64,000 nt of DNA from Balanoglossus misakiensis (lineage: Eukaryota > Animalia > Hemichordata): assembly GCA_040954595.2 (NCBI GenBank), contig CM082597.2, positions 372,001 through 436,000 on the forward strand, read 5' to 3'. Positions within the stretch are counted from its first letter, which is position 1; every line of letters starts with the position of its first letter. The translations under genes were made by a program, and so were the position numbers. A model generated the notes under the pieces. That model did no database searches, was not told where the DNA came from, and saw only the letters and a list, made by a program, of their open reading frames with translations. Below are positions 56,122 through 64,000 of the stretch, in pieces.

Positions 56122-58345
56122 TCATCTGAAAGACTACCCAAAACAGTTGATGTATTTGTTAGGTGGGCTAAAGACCTGGGCCATGCTTTGGCCTGATTTA
56201 TTCTGTATTGTCCAATGTGAGTACCACTTAAACATAAGAAGTCTGTGAGGAGTTGAACAGTGATTTTAATACAATGTAACTATTTAACATTTCACCTTAG
56301 CAAAGCTTTTCCTTTTGTTGAACTCTTTTCAACACTTGAATTCGATCAAAGACCTCAAGGATCTCTATTTCATGCTTGTCTTCATTCTTAAAGACACTTT
56401 AGAGAACTCTCTTTCACACTCTGATAACTTTCTATCAGTTCAATTTCTTGGCGGTTCTAAGATCAAACATCACTATTTATTTATTGATAAACTTCATTTC
56501 CTTTTGGGGTCTTTTCTTTCTTTTTCCTTCTTTGTTATTTCCAGAACATCATTTACTTTTAAAATTACCATCAACTCGCATGGGAATATCTGTAACTTGA
56601 GATTTGGCACCACACATACATTCGGCTCTCATGAATGATATTTCAAAGTATACTTATTTAAACTAAATCATTCTGCCTGGGTGAATATTGGAACAAAACA
56701 GAATTTCTCTGAATGATGTTGTTTGGTCTTAGAGGTGAAGTGAATTACACTTCCATTAAATAAAATGAAAGGTGCTAGATGGAATTACATTGTCAAGAAA
56801 TATGACAGAGATTGGATTTCTATAGGTGAAGTAATTGAAGGTTGTTCAGAGGGCTATAAGGATTGGTATTTTCAAATAGTCTTTGGGATAAGACCATTAG
56901 GGTTAGGGACAACAATTCCATGAGTGTTAAAAATAGTTTTGAGATCCCTATGATTCAACAGAAACATTTTTGATTTCATTGAATTGAGGCAGAGTATATA
57001 CCAGTACATGTGAGTGGCAGGCTCATAAAATGTTGCACCAAATCTTAGTGAACATTTCCACACAGTAATTACATTGCAGCTTAACCCACTCCCCTTTAAC
57101 AAAAACATTTTGTTTACCATGTGCATGTTTAAATTATCCATGGCCCCTAAGATATTTTCACGTGTATTAAGAAAAGTCAAGTTAATCTCATTAAACCGTT
57201 GCGCTACTAAAGAGCTCCTCTCTAATCCACTAAATAAGCTTCTACTGATTACACTAATCATTAAACATTTCGACTTATACTTTCACAAAAAAAGACTTGA
57301 ATGATTCGACCTACGATTTCAAAATGGAAATCATAATACACACATAAGAAAGCTAACTTTGTTGGACTCAATTCCTGTAGATGTAACAATACACATGACT
57401 CTCACATTACTGACAATGCAACACCACGGTCATCACTAGGGCTACTTCCTGTCTTTTAATAACAACTTTTACAGTTTGCTTAATAACCTGAAATAAACTC
57501 TATTCAACCTGAACGCAGTGAAGTCTCACACGAGGCATTCTTGAATAGGATTAATCTGTATCTTAGCATTTTTCTTCTGTGTTACAATGTGTCTATCGGA
57601 ATGAATTGGAATCCGATCTACTGGTACACCCTCCATGTACCACTTGAAAATCCATGTGGTGCATCCAGGATGTAATGACCTTTCTACGATCATACAAAAG
57701 GGTCTGAACTTTGAAGAACTGTGTGTGTGTGTCCCTCCTATGATGTTTGATAGGGTAAATGGTGGGCGGTGGCGCATGCAGGTGGTTGGCAAGGTGGTCG
57801 GCAAGCTTGCATTGCAATTCTATAGTCCTGATGAAATTAATTTTCACGACCTGTTTGAGTGGACAATGAACTTTACAAAAAGAGAACGCTATTTTAATAA
57901 TGAGTTCCGCAACATGTAAACAAACACTGGAACGTCTCTGTGCATTTATATTCCTGTGGTTTATTTCCCAAGCATGAAACAAATATAGACATTCTTGTAG
58001 AGGCTGTGTTGAATACGGGCCTGCTTCATAATCATAGTGTGACCTGTACTATGCAAATTTTGTCAATCCCTGTGACTGACTGTCTCCATTTTAAAGTACA
58101 TTGAATCTGCCAAGCAATAACATTTCTCAATCACGACCACACTTTTATTTTTTTCTGCTTTAATTTTACATAATATCAAAACAAGTTATCTCCAACTGGT
58201 CAGTCATCTCGAATGTTCATTTCCAATTTTGACACATTGTTCCTTCTTGGTTCCCATGACAACAGCATCTGAAGCTTACAGTCTTCATCTTCTGAGTACT
58301 TAATATCTTACAGTATAACGTGTCTCCTTTCTTGGTATTTGCATG

Positions 58346-58361
58346 TGACCTTTGGTGACCT
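58346..58361 (-). promoter_or_regulatory. Perfect DR4 element
   Basis: TGACCT-TTGG-TGACCT. Confidence 0.4.
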
Positions 58362-60925
58362 CGGTGCAGTAATGGCTCCAGTAATCATAGCAGGCAGGAA
58401 ATAGACAAGCATGGCCGTTCATTCTTATCCGATGGTTTTGATGAATTCTCTTGCCTTAGTGCTGATGGCTGCATACTTGTTTTTTAGGTCATGCCAAATC
58501 TCCAATGACACTTAATGAAAACATCTATTAGTTGAGAAGCTCCCCCCTGTGTCGTCACTTTACTCCTCGAGGAAAAGTTATCATTGATGATACAGCCTTC
58601 CTACACACAACCTCTGTAAACCTAAAAATATCATCCTTGCTCGCTGTTTGCATTTTTATTCTTCAAATAAAACTTTTTGAATGTCCACCCTGAATCCTCA
58701 CTCAATTATGATCTCATGTCAAATATATCCCAAACAACTCCTCAGATTGATGAAGTTATGTCTTAATTTCCCTGTATCTCTGTGACATCCAATTATTTTC
58801 TTTCTTCCCCTCAGGAACTAAAATCATTTTTATCTAAATGTATATTGAAGATGTTCTTATTGTAATCTGAATCTATCTGATGCCACAAAAGATATTGGAA
58901 ACTATACAATTATGGTTCCATTAAGAAATTAATATCATTCTCGTCTTATTAAAATGATTTATAAAGCATCATATGTCAAGAGAATTTAATGCTGTACCAT
59001 TATTAAAGTCATATTACCGTGATTACTATGTTTCATATTTCCAATATTAAATGGTGAAATCAAATATTAAAGGTTAAAAACGCATATGTCACATCGGAAA
59101 CAATTAAAGAGCCATTGAGAAATAACCGCTATCTCCTAAAGAACAGAACTACACGAGCACTACACAAGGAGCAGGGTAGACTCACTCTTTTCAAAACATC
59201 TTACATCACTTCCTGGTTAACGTCCAAATATGTCTGTCATGGAACTGGCTTTATGGTTTGCAATAATATCCCTATTGCGTCTTAATCCCAGCACATATTT
59301 GCTTGAATGATTATGGTAAAGGATGTTGTTTTTATATAGTAGATTTAATGTTTTTTTTGGGTACCACTAGCAGCTGCATTTTTCTGCAAAAAGTAATACA
59401 AACTTCTGACACTAAATTGTAATGATTGCTATAAATCTATTCCTTGAAACTTACAATGACTGCCACTTAAATAGTTGTCATCAAGACACTCTCCTAGTTG
59501 TACCAGTAACAGACAGTTAGGGGCCCAGTTGCTTCTAAACTGACATTTTTTATGTTTTTCATCCCCTATGATAAAAAAATACCCAGGAGTAAATCCTCAC
59601 CATATTTTCATCGAACAAATATCAATTACTTGTATGTCAGATTTGAGCAAACTATTTTTAGAGCCACAACTCCCTGGGCTATCTAGTTCTCCCAAATGCC
59701 ACTATTCCAACATTGGCTTTCTTTAGGACTTGCTATTTAAAGCTCCATTAGTCTAAAACTTTTGACATTCAGCATTCTTCTTTTGTGTTTCTGCTAGTTT
59801 CCTGTTTGACATGATTCTGATCCCAAACTGTTTCAGTTAATTCTTGAGTTTAAATCATAATTTGATGAGATAATTTAAATGTTACAGGAATAAAAGTATT
59901 TTTTCCCCGTTTCACTGACTGTCATTAACCAAGCAGAGAATGATTGGAAGTTATGCTGAAAGCATAATTAGAGAATTACAATTGAATGACATTGTACAAT
60001 CAGTCAACCAAGCAAAGTCATTAATTATCCAAAATTTACAGTTTATCTGGACACCATATGAAACCCATCACACTATATAAAACTACTAAATATAGTAACT
60101 AAGGCAACAACGGTACATTGCATCGCAATTGATGTCATCAGTATTACGAAACTTAATTGCATTGATGGTAAAATGTAATAACCAGTGTTTAAAATGGGTG
60201 ATATCAAGCGAACAGGCAGTTGAATTAGTGGATGAAATTGTAACTTAGCAGTTCCATCCCGTGATACAATTAATCACGGCAAACTAGTCCATTTTAGAAT
60301 GCCAATCAGCTGTATTCATGATGTAAACAAATTTGCATACAAATGTAATTTATGGTTCATATTAAAAACCTAATATGTTGTATTGATGATGGAAAATATA
60401 TGTGATACATGTAAATTTTTAAAATGCCTTTTATAGGAAAAAAGCTGTATATAAAAACATCTTTATGCAATAAAATATGCATCACTTCAAGGAAATGAAA
60501 AGTTTTGCTTTTCTGCAATTTGAGTAAAACTGGCTGATGGCAGATGTTGACATGTGTGATCCCCACGTATGAAATATCTCTGTTGGCTCAAATAGAATTC
60601 ATCATAGTCCTCCCTTTCTGACTTTTATCAAATGATATCAGCAAACTCCATCTCTTCGCTCCTTGTGTTCTCCTATCACCACGGGCAACACATCGGCGAA
60701 CTCTCCCTAGAATTTATCACACATACTTTTCCATGGCAACAGAACAATGATAAAGTATCTGTGCTGCATTTTTTGTAAATATTTTATATTTTAATAGAAT
60801 TTGCAACACCTGTCTTGTGTTATGATGACTTGAGGGCAGTTATCTCCATTAAAACATAATGCTGTGTCTTTCATTTTAATGGCAAACCTTTGAATATTTT
60901 AGGCAACCTCTGAGGAATTTCTTAC

Positions 60926-61020
60926 CCATAAAACACATCCAAGAAGCTAAAATGAAAACTAGAATAGCTATTATTCTATTTCGTTGTGTACTTTGTCCAT
61001 TCACATACACTTTATCTGGA
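60926..61020 (-). CDS. Weak candidate internal exon (phase 2 to phase 1), xPDKVYVNGQSTQRNRIIAILVFILASWMCFM/G, hydrophobic segment
   Basis: Acceptor TTCTACAG| at 61021-61028 with a minus-strand pyrimidine tract at 61049-61095, an open frame and donor TGG|GTAAGA. AT-rich DNA gives hydrophobic runs by chance. Confidence 0.25.
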
Positions 61021-63565
61021 CTGTAGAATATACATTTCAATAATGTATGGGGAGAGAGGTAGAGAAGGGAGAGAGGTGGGCTGAGGGTAGGGAGTGTTTG
61101 GTGGTGATGTTATGACCGAGGCACTGATTGGGGGATTCAAAATGAACCCACCACAAAATTTGCCACTGCAAAATACTTCGTTTTAAAGAGATGATCAATA
61201 CAGAAGTATTCGATAATTCTCTTACTGCTTATAATGTACTTGCATATCATGTATTACGCCTAGTATTTAATACTATAGGCACAGTAAACTTGTTACACTT
61301 TGACAAAGTTTGATACAAACAGAAATAGTCACATTTTACACTGCTTTGGTAGAAATTGCTACATTTCTCCAACAACACATTGAGTAAACTTGGCTACATC
61401 AACACCCTGAAATATTTGCTATCAATGCAGTGAGTACATTTAGCCTAGGGCTACTTTTTCTCCTTTTTTATCAGACTCTGTCATATCTTTAAGAATCTCG
61501 ACTCATCTGAATAGAGATACATTTTCAATGGCTACACCAAGTTGCCTCAAGCAATGATATACTTCATTCAAATTACATGTCGCTACATTTCAACACTTCT
61601 TGTCGCCTTGTTACACATCGCTACATTTCCACTAATGTCAGAAGTTACATTGTAGCATGGATGGATGTTATCAAGTCACAAATGATGCAATGGTGCAAGT
61701 CTGAAATGCACCATACATACCCTGTTCATATCACAAGCACAGCCGACAAAAGAAAGAAACAAATTTCTCACATTTTATATTTCTCGAATTCATTTATCTC
61801 TTATCAAATCTGCTGGAGTCTATTTAGACTCTGTCGCAATTCCGTTCTCAGAATATTCAAATCAAAATAATGATGTAAAATGCATATCAGCAAAAAATCT
61901 AAACAAGTCATGATAGAGATCAAAATCAACCACCTTACATACAATGTCCGCAGCTCTGATTGGACGACAGAGGATTTAAAAATACTTATGTGCCAACTGT
62001 GTGCCACTCTCCAGTAATGGAGAGTCCATTCTGCAAATTGATGCCCTGGGCAAGAAATTGCTTTCACCGACTTGTAGTGGTCACTTTGCATTTTATCAAC
62101 ATGAAGCTCAGTCAGACACCGGTATATTGGTTGAAATTACTCATAGCTACCACCATGCAGTGTGAGACGCTAAATTCTACTTTACAACACACATCATCAC
62201 CAATACACATATACACCTTCTTGTCATCATAAGATTATTCTGTGTGTTCTCATTTCACATCTTCAATAAACTTTAAAGTATTCTGAAAATTGTGTATCCA
62301 GGTAACAGCCTGGCAAAGATACGGATTCAGAAAATGCCCCCATCAGGGAATATTTTTCCGTGCAGTTCCATCAAAAGTGAACAGAAATTATAGTTGATGG
62401 ACCCCACAAGGGAGCCCTGGGACACCACAGTCATTTCTGTTGGCATTTGGTGAAATTCCTGGAAAAAAAATCTTGATGATGAAGTGAGCAATCTGAAATG
62501 ACACTATCGAAAAGCAATGAACTTGACTCAATTGCAAACTATATGTCACAACTTCATGTGTTGCCATGACAGGCAATCGAGATAATCAGGGTAAACAGTC
62601 AGCTTGTTAGTAACTTCCCTCGGACCAATTTCAGAAACTCTTTCACAAATGATATCCTTCCTGTAATATCAAGAGCTGCCAGTCTGTTTACAATGATTGA
62701 CTCATTTGCATTGCATGCTCTGCCTGTCCCATTTACAATATGACTATCCTGGCATTCACCGCCTCTCTCATTTTAACTGCTTCCGACTATTTTGTCTAAA
62801 TCGAACTCGAGATTTCTCACTAGGTGTTCTTTAGCTTCTCTCTGTCTCTTTGCGGACGACTAAATATCTCTCTTCATTTTTATCACCTGTCCATCAGTCA
62901 CTTCATCTTGTCAGCGTTTTATCTCTACACTTCATAAAATACCCTTTTCCCACTATTCCTCTGAATTGAGATCTTATATTACCCAACTGTCTGTCTGTAC
63001 TTATGTGTGTCATCAACTTCACACACATGTAAGTTTTTAACTTTAAATTGACTCATTTTTGATGACTAATTATTGCCACGGATACACCCTTTTTAGCATT
63101 ACGAGAACTAAAACTGCTTTCAAATCATCTCATCGTTAAAATTTATTTTAAATCCTCATGTTAGTTTTAAGTCTTTTGACATGACCGTCATTCAAAGCAC
63201 TAATAGAAAGCAGATCAATTTTTTAAAGCTACCCTTTTCAACAATTCTATGAAATGTTTGCATTTGGGATGAAATGTAAATGATTCAGATGAATAAAAGC
63301 CACCATTTAGAATTTTTGGAGACTTTTAATCCTAAGAAGTGAACCTGAGGGCAGACAGTCTGCTATTACAGATAAATAGGCAGAGTAAAGACAGACTGTC
63401 TGTGAGAAAAATCTAAATGATATCAGTCATAAAATAAACGGCATGATAATAAAACAATGATACTGGTAATGTGCCTATTTCATCATATCAACACACCTGT
63501 GTCACTACTACTGCTGTATTCATTCCAAGCTTACTGAAAATTTTCAACATTTCTCTTTCTCATTG

Positions 63566-63670
63566 TATCTATCTATCTATCTATCTATCTGCCCGTCTCC
63601 ATCTATCTCTGTCTGTCTGTCTATCTTTCTGTCTATCCATCCATCTGTCTGTCTGTCTGTCACCATCTCT
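63566..63670. repeat. Compound (TATC)n/(TGTC)n/(TCCA)n microsatellite
   Basis: Read directly from the sequence. It also explains the spurious ORF at 63471-63683. Confidence 0.95.
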
Positions 63671-64000
63671 GATATCATTCTAAACATCTAAGTTACAACT
63701 ATCACTGATACTCTCATCAGAAGCCCTTTTTTAATTCAAAGGTAAAAAAATATTGGGTCTTTATGCAAATTTGGTATGAAGGAATGAAATTATCCACATC
63801 TGAAATTCAAAGTGGCTACTAATTTTTGTGCATATTTTGTGGGGAAAATTGAATTATTGACTTTATCTGTTTAACTATCCCCACAGTTTGCAAGATATTA
63901 GTTTACATGTGAGGCCCAGAAGACTTGGACAAAAACTCACTTATTTCCCCATTGTCATGTCTGTGTTTGAACGTTCCCATTGATGTTATATTTTACCATA

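Noticed and set aside
63720-63890. Possible decayed interspersed-repeat fragment (similar impressions at 24130-24370, 25125-25340, 46200-46500 and 59518-59675)
   Set aside because: The resemblance is from memory or from weak inverted arms only. Boundaries and family cannot be supported without RepeatMasker.

Overview
AT-rich, CpG-poor animal genomic DNA that is almost entirely non-coding. There are no operons, RBS-led genes, CRISPR arrays, rRNA genes or intact tRNA genes, and nearly all listed ORFs look like chance ORFs. The repeat and motif style suggests a marine invertebrate, possibly a hemichordate-like deuterostome, but that is a low-confidence impression. The best-supported genic signals are two short minus-strand exons, each encoding a Met-initiated hydrophobic signal-peptide-like leader and ending in a phase-1 GTAAG donor: 50228-50340 (MELTTRICYLALIVVCLSILPALCQ/G) and 11566-11623 (MDFNWNYLSGSVLCLLILT/G). 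A weaker third candidate lies at 60926-61020. The window is best read as the 5' intronic and regulatory region of a large minus-strand secreted or membrane protein gene with alternative leader exons, whose body probably lies left of position 1. The gene cannot be named from this sequence. The introns carry many motif-like sites (perfect nuclear-receptor DR1/DR4/DR5 repeats, RFX X-boxes, ZNF143/Staf and CTCF-like sites), a few small non-autonomous DNA-transposon remnants and simple repeats. No novel multi-gene system is demonstrable here.
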